A stretch of DNA of 64,000 nt from Vicinamibacteria bacterium (GCA_963555995.3 OY821641.1:2240001-2304000), one strand, 5' to 3'; numbered from the stretch's first letter, positions 31,550 to 41,052 are shown. Numbers and translations are program-made. The notes: generated from the sequence alone by a model not told the origin.

Positions 31550-32014
31550 ATGCACCCGATGCCGCGCCCCCGCGCCCGCCGCGCCAACGCGTTCGGGCTG
31601 CTGTTTCTCGCCGGGTGGTGGGCCATGGGGTGCAACACCGGGGCGACCCCGGGCGCCCTCCCCACGCCGGATTTCCAGGCGCCGCTCAATGCCTCCTTCC
31701 CGCTGCGGGCCGGGGATGTCGGCTACGTCCAGGGCCAGACCGACTACCTCTACATCAGCGTGCAGTCGCTGGGCGCCGACAACCGGTGTCCCCCGGAGTC
31801 CGCCTGCGACGAGCCGGGGTTCCTGGAGGTCTTCCTCGAACTCGAGACCTCGGAGTCCCAGGGAGCCCTCGGGATGCGGGTCCCCCCCGAGGGAGACGCC
31901 GTCGGCACCTTCCAGGGCTTCGAGATCCGGATCCTGGGGGCGGCGCCGCCCGGCCGGACGACCCGCATCCCCACCACCGAGTACGTCTTCCTGATCTCGG
32001 TTTCGGCGCGCTGA
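31550..32014 (+). CDS. Putative lipoprotein
   Basis: AMGC lipobox-like; D.RCP....C motif; host-like codon usage. Confidence 0.7.
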   Translation: MHPMPRPRARRANAFGLLFLAGWWAMGCNTGATPGALPTPDFQAPLNASFPLRAGDVGYVQGQTDYLYISVQSLGADNRCPPESACDEPGFLEVFLELETSESQGALGMRVPPEGDAVGTFQGFEIRILGAAPPGRTTRIPTTEYVFLISVSAR

Positions 32015-32073
32015 CCCGAACGCCCGTTCACCTCTAGAATTCGCGGTCCGCCGCGCGCGGCGGGGAGGCACCC

Positions 32074-33171
32074 ATGCGCCACTTCACGAACATCCTCAAG
32101 ACCGCCGGAACCGGCATCGTCACCGCCGGGTTCCTGCTCGGCGCCTCCGCCTGCGGCGGGGGCGCGGCGGAGGAACCGGCCGAGCCGCAGGCGACGGTCT
32201 CCGGGCACGACGACTTCCCGAATCCCTTCGCCGCGGAGGCGATGTGGGGCGACCTGCCGGGGGAGCGGACCTGGGGCGCGGTGAGCGCGATCTATCCCGC
32301 CGCCGACGGCAACATCTGGGCCGCGGAGCGGTGCGGCGCGAACTTCTGCGGCGACCGGCCCGAGGTGGACACGGTGGTTCTCTTCAGCCCCGAGGGCGAG
32401 GCGCTGAAGAGCTTCGGGGCCGGCCTCATCGCCTGGCCGCACGGGATGTTCGTGGACCACGAGGGGAACGTCTGGGTGACCGACGCCAAGGGCTTCGTGC
32501 CCGACGAGCGGGTCCCCGAGGGCCTCGGCCACTTCGTGATCAAGTTCAGCCCCGACGGCGAGGTGCTGCTGCGGCTCGGCGAGCCGGGCGTCGCGGGGAC
32601 CGCCGACGGGCAGTTCAACATGCCCTCGGACGTGCTGGTCACGCCGGACGGAACCATCTTCGTGGCCGACGGCCACAACTCCGGCGGGAACAACCGGATC
32701 GTCAAGTTCTCGGCGGACGGCGAGTTCCTGAGCAGCTTCGGGGAGACCGGGACCGGCCCGGGGCAGTTCCGTGACCCGCACGCGCTGGCGATGGATTCGA
32801 TGGGCCGCCTCTTCGTCGGGGACCGGGGCAACAACCGCATCCAGCTCTTCGACCAGGAAGGCAACTTCATCGAGGAGTGGCTGCAGTTCGGCCGGCCGAG
32901 CGGCATCTTCATCACCGCCGACGACACGATCTACGTGGCGGACTCCGAGTCCACCTCGGAGGCGAACCCGGGCTTCGGCCGGGGCATCCGCATCGGGAGC
33001 GCGGTGGACGGCGCCGTCCACTACTACCTGCCCGACGACGTGTCGGACCTCGAGCCCGGCGCGGAACCGGTGACGAGCGGCCCGGAAGGCATCGCCGTGG
33101 ACTCCCAGGGCGGCGTCTACGGCGGCGAGGTCCGCCAACAGATGGTCCGCAAGTTCACGCGCACCGAGTAG
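32074..33171 (+). CDS. NHL-repeat beta-propeller lipoprotein (PAL-like)
   Basis: GASAC lipobox; PHG..VD, F..P.DV, FVADG, GQF..PH.LA.D, DRGNNRIQ.F. Confidence 0.88.
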   Translation: MRHFTNILKTAGTGIVTAGFLLGASACGGGAAEEPAEPQATVSGHDDFPNPFAAEAMWGDLPGERTWGAVSAIYPAADGNIWAAERCGANFCGDRPEVDTVVLFSPEGEALKSFGAGLIAWPHGMFVDHEGNVWVTDAKGFVPDERVPEGLGHFVIKFSPDGEVLLRLGEPGVAGTADGQFNMPSDVLVTPDGTIFVADGHNSGGNNRIVKFSADGEFLSSFGETGTGPGQFRDPHALAMDSMGRLFVGDRGNNRIQLFDQEGNFIEEWLQFGRPSGIFITADDTIYVADSESTSEANPGFGRGIRIGSAVDGAVHYYLPDDVSDLEPGAEPVTSGPEGIAVDSQGGVYGGEVRQQMVRKFTRTE

Positions 33172-33225
33172 TGGGAGCGGGGCCGACAAGATGTACGGCC
33201 GGGCATGACAGAGGCGCCGCCGGCT

Positions 33226-33388
33226 GGGAGCGCCGGTCTTCAGACCGGCACGCGCTGCGCCACAGCGCAGCGCACGGCGCCACGCTCACCTGCGTGGTGG
33301 CCTTCTGCTCCTGGTTCATCACCGCGAACTGCAACTCGACATCCGCGGGCCTTCGGCCCGCTGTGCCGGTCTGAAGACCGGCGCTCCC
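33226..33388. repeat. REPIN-like element, 163-bp class
   Basis: Inverted GGGAGCGCCGGTCTTCAGACCGGCAC ends. Confidence 0.85.
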
Positions 33389-33505
33389 AGCCGTTCCCGC
33401 CGTTTTCGGGCCGGGCGGGGTCTTCAGCAGGACCCGATCATGGGCGTTTCTCCCGGTTGGAGGCCTCCAGACCCGTCACAATGGAGCGGCGGCGGAGGTA
33501 GCCCC

Positions 33506-34654
33506 ATGAAGATCGCACACTTGGCCATGGCCCTTTCCCTCGCCGGCGGACTCGCCCTCCTGTCCGCCTGCGGCGCCGGGAGCCCGGCGGACGTGACGGA
33601 ATCGGCCCCGGCGACGCCCCCGGCCAAGGGCGGCGACGACCGTACCGGCGAGTACGACGCCGTCCCCGGCTGGTGGAAACCCGCGCCCGACCACGTGGAA
33701 CCCTGGGGCTGGGGACAGGTCTCCGCGGTGGCGGTGGACACCCCGGACCGCATCATCGTCGGCATCTGGGGCGACCGGGACGCCGAGAACCGCGAGCGCG
33801 AGGGGAGCACCAACTACCTGGTCGCCGTGGACCGCGAAGGCAACCTCACCGAGAACTGGTCGCAGTGGGACTCGACGTTCAACAAGCCGCATCAGCTCTA
33901 CATCAGCCCCTACGACCCCGACCGGCACGTCTGGCTCGTGGAGCGCGGCGGCGGCAAGGACGTGAACATGCAGATCCTCAAGTTCTCGAACGACGGGAGC
34001 GAGCTGGTGATGCGGCTGGTTGATCCCGATCACCCCACCACCCGGGCGGAGGCGCGCGCCAACCCGAACCCGGGTCCCTTCGAGTACGGCGACCCCTCCG
34101 TGATGGCGTTCCTGCCGAACGGCGACTTCCTCGTCGGCGACGGTTACTGGCACTCGCGGATCATCAAGTACGACGCCGAGGGCGAGTACCTCATGGAGTG
34201 GGGCGAGCTCGGGAACGGCCCGGGCCAGTTCGACCTCATCCACGGGCTGGCGGTGGACCGGAACCGCCGCGTCTACGTGGGCGACCGCAGCAACAACCGC
34301 ATCCAGATCTTCACCGAGGACGGCGAGTACCTCGACGAGTGGCCCGACATCTCCGATCCCGTCGGCGTCTTCGTGGACGAGAACGACGCCGTCTGGGTGA
34401 TCTCGGCGGTGCTGAACCGCATCCTCAAGTACAGCGCCGACGGCGAGCTCCAGTACCACCTGGGCGCCTACGGCGGCACCCGGGGCGGCTTCCCGGGCGG
34501 TCTGTCGCGCCCGCACCAGATGGACGTGGACCAGGAGGGCAACCTCTACATCGCGAGCTGGGACGGGGGCTGGATGGACAAGTTCATTCCCAAACCGGAC
34601 GCCGACCCCGGCAAGCTCGTGGGGCGACCGCTGGTCCTGCCGACCCCGGACTAG
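33506..34654 (+). CDS. NHL-repeat beta-propeller lipoprotein
   Basis: LSAC lipobox; VGDGY..SRI.K, GQF...HG..VD, DRSNNRIQIF. Confidence 0.88.
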   Translation: MKIAHLAMALSLAGGLALLSACGAGSPADVTESAPATPPAKGGDDRTGEYDAVPGWWKPAPDHVEPWGWGQVSAVAVDTPDRIIVGIWGDRDAENREREGSTNYLVAVDREGNLTENWSQWDSTFNKPHQLYISPYDPDRHVWLVERGGGKDVNMQILKFSNDGSELVMRLVDPDHPTTRAEARANPNPGPFEYGDPSVMAFLPNGDFLVGDGYWHSRIIKYDAEGEYLMEWGELGNGPGQFDLIHGLAVDRNRRVYVGDRSNNRIQIFTEDGEYLDEWPDISDPVGVFVDENDAVWVISAVLNRILKYSADGELQYHLGAYGGTRGGFPGGLSRPHQMDVDQEGNLYIASWDGGWMDKFIPKPDADPGKLVGRPLVLPTPD

Positions 34655-34721
34655 TACCCCGATGCCGGTTCCGTTCGCCGGCCAACCTTTCCGAGTTCAA
34701 GAACCCTGGAGGACATCCGTC

Positions 34722-35204
34722 ATGACCTATCGCCAGATCCCGCTGCTGTTCGCGCTGGCGCTGCCCCTCGGCTGCGCCACCGAGACCGCTCCCCCGCAGG
34801 AGGCTCCGGAGGAGACGACGACCCTCGAGCGCCACTACGTCAATCCCCGCACCGCGGCCGATGCCGACGTGCCGCCCTTCAGCGGCGGGGTCATGGTGGG
34901 CGACACCTTCTACGTCGCGGGCACGATCGGGCTGCTCCCCGACCAGACCGTGCCCGACACCGCCCAGGAGGAGGCTCGCCTCGTCATGACCAGCGTGCAG
35001 AACACGCTGGAGGCCGCCGGGCTGACCATGGACGACCTGGTGTTCGTGCAGGTCTATTCCTCGGACGTCGCGGACTACGACGCCTTCAACGAGGTGTACC
35101 GCACGTTCTTCACCCAGGAGTACCCGGCGCGGGCCTACCTGGGCTCCGGCGCGCTCCTCTTCGGGGCGCGCTTCGAGGTGCTCGGGTTCGCGGCGAAGCG
35201 GTAG
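34722..35204 (+). CDS. RidA/YjgF-family protein with lipoprotein signal
   Basis: LPLGC lipobox; PFS, FNEVY..FF....PAR, RFEV. Confidence 0.85.
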   Translation: MTYRQIPLLFALALPLGCATETAPPQEAPEETTTLERHYVNPRTAADADVPPFSGGVMVGDTFYVAGTIGLLPDQTVPDTAQEEARLVMTSVQNTLEAAGLTMDDLVFVQVYSSDVADYDAFNEVYRTFFTQEYPARAYLGSGALLFGARFEVLGFAAKR

Positions 35205-35250
35205 GGGCGGTCCGGAATCCACCCCCGGCTCAACTCCTCGGCCCTGGAGA

Positions 35251-35695
35251 CCGCATCTCCATAGCAAGCGCTCATGCGCGGGCCCTCCAGCGAACTCGCC
35301 AACCGCCGTGGGGGCGCCGCCGGCTTGGAACGCCGGCTTCAGCCGGCACAGCCCGCCGAAGGCGGGCGGCGGGAAGGACCTCATCCACCCGGATGGCGCG
35401 ATGGCCGGGAACGCCGGCCACCAGTTCTTCGGCGGCGCCTCGCTTGACCACGCGCCACCCGGGCAGCAGCCGTACGTCGTTCCGCTGCGCTCCGCGCAGC
35501 GGGTGCCGGCTGAAGCCGGCGTTCCAAGCCGTTTCCGCCGTTTCATGACCGGCGGGGTACGCAGGAAAACGGGACGTGCATGTTTCGCGCTCCCGCGCGA
35601 TGCCGGTCTGATCTGCCCAGAGTCGTGGCGCAGCTCCGTCTGCGTCTCCGAACGGACTTCCTGGACGACCGCGTGAACGTGCCGGACGTGTTCCG
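35251..35695 (+). repeat. 445-bp direct repeat, copy 1 (contains 201-bp REPIN 35326-35526)
   Basis: Nearly identical to 37669-38112; a few substitutions and one indel by eye. Confidence 0.92.
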
Positions 35696-35742
35696 CCGCG
35701 ATCCGCAGCGCTGGTGCGAGGCCGGCGTATCGAGCGCCGGTT

Positions 35743-37302
35743 TCACATGCCCCAGACGGTGATGGTCTTCCCCTCGTACTCCGCCGCGCGGCGGTAGATC
35801 TTCTCCTCCCAGGACCGCGCCGGGTCCCGGTCGAAGACCACCAGGTGGCCCGCCTCCGAACCCAGCCGGTCCAGGTACCCCGCCGTCTGCCGCAGCCCCT
35901 CCCGGACCGCCTGCTCCCGCCCCTTGTGCGCCACCTTGCACTCCACCGCGAAGCGGTCCTCCCCGCCGTCGCGCGGCCACACGATCACCAGGTCCGTCCG
36001 ACCCCGTCCGATCCCGTACTCCCGCTCCAGCCGGCCGCCTCCGTTCACGATCCGGTGCAGGAACCCCTGCAGGATGAGCTGCGGACCCGCCTCCGCGTAG
36101 TCGAACCGCCCGGCCCAGTGCTCGCCGTGCTCGCGGAAGAACCGCTGGAACGATCCAAACAGCTTCTCCACGTCCAGCGAGGAGCCCGCGCCCACGTACG
36201 CCGCCGTCTCCTCCGTCAGTCCCTGTTCCATGGCGTACGTCATTTCGCGGGGAATCATCTCGGCGTAGATCGGGTTGGCGATCCGGGTGGGAGGGTCCGG
36301 CGCGATCAGTCCCAAGTCCCGCACGTAACCAATGTCCCGGCGCGACGCCTCGTGTCCCGCCGCGCCGCTCAGGATCGGCTCGATCACCCGGCGAACCCGG
36401 TCCTCGTTGAGTTTCTCCGCCAACTGCCCGAGGTGCGTCTCCCGGCGGAGGATGAGCCGCTCGCGGGCCTCCCGGAGGTCCGCCGCCGTGATCGTCCGCG
36501 AGCGATCCCGGCCCGGGCGGTGGCGGAAGCAGGCGTCATGGGCCAGTGCATTCACGAGCCACGGCTGCCCCCGCGTGTGGTCCCACACCAGATCCAGCGC
36601 CTCGTCGTCGAAGCGCTGTCCCGTCTCCGCCGTGTGCTGGCCGAGCAGCGTGCGCGTCTCCGCCTCGCTGAAGTCCCCGAGCCGCAGCGACTCCGCCTTG
36701 ATGTTGAACGGGCTGCCGGCGACGCCGGGAGCCCGGTAGTCCTGCACGTCGCGCAACCCGCAGAGGACCACGCTCTGCGGGAACGCGGACGGACGCCGGA
36801 TATAGCCGGCGCGGAGCTGTCGCAAGGTCGCCAGGAGCGCGTCGCCGGTCAGGGTGTCAATCTCGTCTATCAGGAGGACGAGGGGCGTGCGGTCGGCCTT
36901 CGCCCACTGCCGGAGGACTTCCCGGAACGCACCGTTCGGACCGGCCTCGGCGAGCGCCCGCTGCCAGACCCGGGAAACCACATCCTCCCCCAGCGTTTCC
37001 TCCGCCTCCAGCGCCAGTTCGGCGAGAACAGCACGCATCGCCCGCTCGGGGTCGTCGCGGGTCGCCTGCCCGACCTCGAAGTTGACGTACGCAGAGCGGT
37101 AGGCGCCGACCGAGCCGCCGTTCAGCAGGTCGCGGAGCGCGAGCAGCACGGAGGTCTTCCCCGACTGCCGCGGCGCGTGGAGGACGAAGTACTTCCGGCG
37201 CCGGATCAGCGTCAGGACCTCGTCGAGATCCAGCCGCTCCAGTGGCGGGATGCAGTAGTGCTCCTCCCGCGCGACCGGCCCCTCCGTGTTGAAGAACCGC
37301 AT
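35743..37302 (-). CDS. AAA-like ATPase with C-terminal PD-(D/E)XK nuclease-like domain
   Basis: MRFFNTEGP start, APRQSGKT, LLIDEID, SPFNIK, REY..GRGRTDL, VECK. Confidence 0.9.
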   Translation of the reverse strand: MRFFNTEGPVAREEHYCIPPLERLDLDEVLTLIRRRKYFVLHAPRQSGKTSVLLALRDLLNGGSVGAYRSAYVNFEVGQATRDDPERAMRAVLAELALEAEETLGEDVVSRVWQRALAEAGPNGAFREVLRQWAKADRTPLVLLIDEIDTLTGDALLATLRQLRAGYIRRPSAFPQSVVLCGLRDVQDYRAPGVAGSPFNIKAESLRLGDFSEAETRTLLGQHTAETGQRFDDEALDLVWDHTRGQPWLVNALAHDACFRHRPGRDRSRTITAADLREARERLILRRETHLGQLAEKLNEDRVRRVIEPILSGAAGHEASRRDIGYVRDLGLIAPDPPTRIANPIYAEMIPREMTYAMEQGLTEETAAYVGAGSSLDVEKLFGSFQRFFREHGEHWAGRFDYAEAGPQLILQGFLHRIVNGGGRLEREYGIGRGRTDLVIVWPRDGGEDRFAVECKVAHKGREQAVREGLRQTAGYLDRLGSEAGHLVVFDRDPARSWEEKIYRRAAEYEGKTITVWGM

Positions 37303-37361
37303 CGCGCCGGAGTATCGCACGCCGCGTCGCCCCGCCACTTGGGCAGGCGCCCCCGGCCGGG

Positions 37362-37393
37362 CACATCCCCCAGACGGTGATGGTCTTCCCCTC
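37362..37393 (-). pseudogene. Remnant 3' end of a paralogous ATPase
   Basis: Near copy of 35744-35775, encoding EGKTITVWGM. Confidence 0.65.
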
Positions 37394-37668
37394 TTGCCCG
37401 GACGTGTTCCGGGTGGGATACGGGCTCGGCAGGCGCGGCGGGGTGAAACCGGTCCGTTAGCTGTTAGCCGGTATTTCTCAACCTCGGAAGCACCGCCGCG
37501 TGCCGGCCGCCGGCTTTGAAGGCGAGAATCGTGGTGTGTTTCGCCCGCCTATGGCGGGCGGCGCCGGTGTGACCGGCCCCACCGGGAGACACGCCCATGA
37601 TCGGTCCGTCTGCGTACCGCGCCGGTCATGAAGAACCGCGGGAACGCCTCGGGCTCGGAGCGCCCAGG

Positions 37669-38112
37669 CCGCATCTCCATAGCAAGCGCTCATGCGCGGG
37701 TCCTCCAGCGAACTCGCCAACCGCCGTGGGGGCGCCGCCGGCTTGGAACGCCGGCTTCAGCCGGCACAGCCCGCCGAAGGCGGGCGGCGGGAAGGACCTC
37801 ATCCACCCGGATGGCGCGATGGCCGGGAACGCCGGCCACCAGTTCTTCGGCGGCGCCTCGCTTGACCACGCGCCACCCGGGCAGCAGCCGTACGTCGTTC
37901 CGCTGCGCTCCGCGCAGCGGGTGCCGGCTGAAGCCGGCGTTCCAAGCCGTTTCCGCCGTTTCATGACCGGCGGGGTACTCAGGAAAACGGGACATGCATG
38001 TTTCGCACTCCGCGCGATGCCGGTCTGATCTGCCCAGAGTCGTGGCGCAGCTCCGTCTGCGTCTCCGAACGGACTTCCTGGACGACCGCGTGAACGTGCC
38101 GGACGTGTTCCG
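37669..38112 (+). repeat. 445-bp direct repeat, copy 2 (contains 201-bp REPIN 37744-37944)
   Basis: Offset 2418 bp from copy 1. Confidence 0.92.
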
Positions 38113-38197
38113 GGTGGGATACGGACTCGGCAGGCGTGGCGGAGTGAAGCCAGTTCGTTAGCGTTCTTCGGAGTCTGCCGGCGGCGGAAGCGCCGTC

Positions 38198-38292
38198 GGC
38201 ATCATGCCCCGATCCACGCCGATCATGCCCTGATCCGTGGGCATCATGCCTCGGTCCGCGTGTGCCCCCTTTGCGGATCATGCCTCGATCCG
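38198..38292 (+). repeat. 21-bp-period repeats ATCATGCC-NN-G(A/G)TCC x4
   Basis: Cores at 38201, 38222, 38243 and 38277. Confidence 0.75.
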
Positions 38293-38345
38293 CACCGTCC
38301 GACACGGCGGTGGTTCGGGGCACCGCGTACGGAGTGCCGGGCCGG

Positions 38346-39248
38346 TCAGTAGATGGTGGCCTCGAAGTCTTCCGGGTTCAGGATCCGGACGGTCCCGTCG
38401 AACCCCCGGATCACGTAGAACCCCGCCCGCTCCGCCGCCCTGAGCGCCGCCGCGCCCGCCTTCAGGTAAACCACCGCACCCAGCACCCGCCGGGGTGCCG
38501 GCTCGGGATACCACTTCCGGAAATCCGCCAACCGCTTCCGGAACTTCCACACGTCCTCCCGCCGCAGCCTGAACTTCACCTCCAACACGACGGTATCGCC
38601 CGGCCCGAAGGCCACCAGGTCGTAGGCCCGCCTCTCCCCGTCCTTCTCGATGCGCAGCCCGGCCGCTAGCGACCCCACGTCCAGACGCGCATCCCGGAGC
38701 AGTTCCAGAAGATCGTTTGCGACGAGCCCCTCCCCGAGAACGCCCAGGCGGTCGTCCGCCTCACGGGCTTGCTGGAACCGCCGGTCCCATGCCCGGTCAC
38801 GTTCCTCCTGCTCCCGCCGGAGCCGCAGGTCGAGTCTCCGCATCTCCTCCTCGTGCTCGGCCATGGCCTGCTGCCGCGCGGCGGCCTCCGCGTCCAGCGA
38901 CTCCTTCTGCGCTTTCGCAGCCGCCTCCAGTGCCTTCCGCTGCTCGGTCGCCGCGGCCTTTCGCCGCTCCGCAGCTTCCGCCTCGGCCTTTCGCCGCTCC
39001 GCAGCTTCCGCCTCGGCCTTCCGCCGCTCCGCAGCTTCCGCCTCGGCCTTCCGCCGCTCGGTCGCCTCGGCCTTCCGCCGCTCCTCCTCAGCCTTTCGGC
39101 GCTCCTCCGCCTGCCGTTCGAGGCGCCGGACGAGCGCTGCGTGCTCGCGCTTCGCCGCCCGCGCCTCGCGGGCCATGGCATCGAGAATCCGCCAGATCTG
39201 GGCGGGGGTCGGGGTGGAACGCCGACGGCGGCGTCTTCTCGGAGGCAT
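38346..39248 (-). CDS. Coiled-coil protein with C-terminal PD-(D/E)XK-like domain
   Basis: QIWRIL N-terminus, AEAEAAERRK repeats, G.LGE, YDL, LEVK motifs; start ATG 39248. Confidence 0.8.
   Translation of the reverse strand: MPPRRRRRRRSTPTPAQIWRILDAMAREARAAKREHAALVRRLERQAEERRKAEEERRKAEATERRKAEAEAAERRKAEAEAAERRKAEAEAAERRKAAATEQRKALEAAAKAQKESLDAEAAARQQAMAEHEEEMRRLDLRLRREQEERDRAWDRRFQQAREADDRLGVLGEGLVANDLLELLRDARLDVGSLAAGLRIEKDGERRAYDLVAFGPGDTVVLEVKFRLRREDVWKFRKRLADFRKWYPEPAPRRVLGAVVYLKAGAAALRAAERAGFYVIRGFDGTVRILNPEDFEATIY
38940..39112 (-). repeat. 30-bp in-frame tandem repeat
   Basis: Three near-exact AEAEAAERRK units with degenerate flanking units. Confidence 0.85.
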
Positions 39249-39499
39249 GATCCTGCGGGATGCTATCCCGGAGGTCCACCCGTCGGGAGACACGACCCTT
39301 GACGCGGTCGGGAGACGCCAATCTCTACGCGCTGTTGGTGCTCGGGGAGGAGGGCCGCTCCGAGTCGGGGAGCCGCGAGGCGGAGGGAAGCCGGGCCGTC
39401 CGCCTCGGCGGCGGTTCAATGGCTCCCTTGTCAAGAGGCACCGCCACCCATGCGCAAACGCGGTCGGGTATATGGTCGGATGCCCGAAGAGGTGCCCTA

Positions 39500-39835
39500 A
39501 TGCGTATCCCGGATGACGTTCTCTACGACTTCCTGACGGCCGCTGCCCGGAATCGGCGGAGGATCACTTACGGCGAACTCGGGAAGAAGTTCGGAATCCC
39601 TCCGCCCTTCTCTCCGCTCAATCATGCTCTTGGCCGGATCTCCCGTGCGGCTCATGAGGACGGACGACCGATGCTCAGCGCGGTAGCTGTCAATCAGGAA
39701 ACCAAGAAACCCGGAATCGGGTTCTACGAACTAGCTTGGGATTTGGGGAAGGACTTGACCGACGAGAACGCCTTCTACAAGTCCGAACTCAAGCAAGTCT
39801 ACGAAACGGATTGGCCGGAGTCTTACCCCTATTGA
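39500..39835 (+). CDS. Small wHTH-like hypothetical protein
   Basis: GAGG RBS; ITYGEL...LGRIS......PMLSAVAV.....PG.GFY; lower GC. Confidence 0.75.
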   Translation: MRIPDDVLYDFLTAAARNRRRITYGELGKKFGIPPPFSPLNHALGRISRAAHEDGRPMLSAVAVNQETKKPGIGFYELAWDLGKDLTDENAFYKSELKQVYETDWPESYPY

Positions 39836-39900
39836 CAGCGGCGCTATCCCGAACCTGAATTGATTGGCCGGGCCGGGGATTAACCCTCGACCCGACCGAG

Positions 39901-39945
39901 GTGGGTGTAGCTCAACCGGAAGAGCACTCCCAGTCAGGAGAAACG
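39901..39945 (+). other. tRNA-like 5' half (no T-arm)
   Basis: GTGGGTG-TA-GCTC-AACCGGAA-GAGC-A-CTCC..GGAG; D-arm-like but no GTTCRA downstream. Confidence 0.4.
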
Positions 39946-40205
39946 AACGCTTGTGCAGTTGGGGGACACCGATTCTTGACTGGATCGCGAGCAACGCCGC
40001 TCACGGTGACGGTGAAATTCTTCAGCTACGATCGGGGCCAGCAAGGACTTCCAGAAGGAAGGCTCCGAGGATTACGAGCTTGTTTCTTGCAGCCGGGCAG
40101 AGTGAGAAGAGGCTTCCCGAGGTCGCTCGGAGAGTTGCTACTATCCACTTGATGGCTGTATTTTCCGCACATCACTTAGTTGTAGACAAGAAGAGGTATT
40201 CCAGC

Positions 40206-40697
40206 ATGACGGATTCAGTGGACGATGCGGTTCTCCGCGCAATGGAACAGCTAGTTTGCAATGGGAGGATTCTGACTTGCCAGACCGTACCGGACGAGGC
40301 GGCGAAGCTTCTGGCGGCTCGAGAACGGGGGAGAGTCTCAATCCCCGGTGCCTATGAGCCGGTTCAAAAGGCGATTGAAAGACTGCACGCCGACGGGAGA
40401 ATCGAGCGGTATTGGGAGAGCAAAGAGGAGTGGCGTATTTTGGACCCAAACAGAAGTGACTTCGAAAGTATGGCCGAGAAGATTGTCCTTGATTCATTCG
40501 CAATTCTGATTCAAGAAGGAAAGGCGGCACAGCGGCATAGCGTGCCAGAAAAAGCTCGTAAGCTGCTCTTTCAACGAGCATTGGGAAGAATCACGTCCTC
40601 GACAGCCGTGGATCTGGTTGGAAGGGCCATAGAGACCTTGGAGAGCAGGGGGGAGATCGAGTGTCCTTTGACCGGTGCCTGGCGCGTTCTGAAGTGA
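40206..40697 (+). CDS. Hypothetical protein with two tandem wHTH-like repeats
   Basis: AAGAGG RBS; internal duplication VP..A.KLL..R..GR.....V..AIE.L...G.IE....WR.L. Confidence 0.7.
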   Translation: MTDSVDDAVLRAMEQLVCNGRILTCQTVPDEAAKLLAARERGRVSIPGAYEPVQKAIERLHADGRIERYWESKEEWRILDPNRSDFESMAEKIVLDSFAILIQEGKAAQRHSVPEKARKLLFQRALGRITSSTAVDLVGRAIETLESRGEIECPLTGAWRVLK

Positions 40698-41024
40698 AAC
40701 AACCAACCTGTCGGATTACGTTGTTCAGGTCGGCTGCGGTGAACCGATAGCTGCGACGAGGTTGTTGGTCGATGGATGTGATTTCCTAGACGCTCTTCCA
40801 TGTGGCGCTGCTGCGCATCGCTGGATTCGTGCTACAGATTGCCAGGAGCGCCGCCTCTAGGGAACGGCCCGAGACACGCTTCCATTCCGGTCTTGTCAGC
40901 ATCTCGGATGCACCACTAGCCAGACCGCTGGTCCTCATCGCTGAGCCCTAGTTTCGCGAAGTCCACAAGGGGACGGTCGCCGCCTCGGAGCGTCCAGGTC
41001 CCAGGCGCGATTCGGGGATCGTCC

Positions 41025-41052
41025 TTGACACCTGTTCCGGTGTCGCTATGCT
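41025..41052 (+). promoter_or_regulatory. Sigma70-like promoter
   Basis: TTGACA-N16-TATGCT. Confidence 0.5.

Noticed and set aside
37400-38162. GTTAGC/GCTAAC motifs suggesting integron attC sites
   Set aside because: Box spacing and long-stem complementarity do not fit, and the recombinase shows no evident IntI-specific features.
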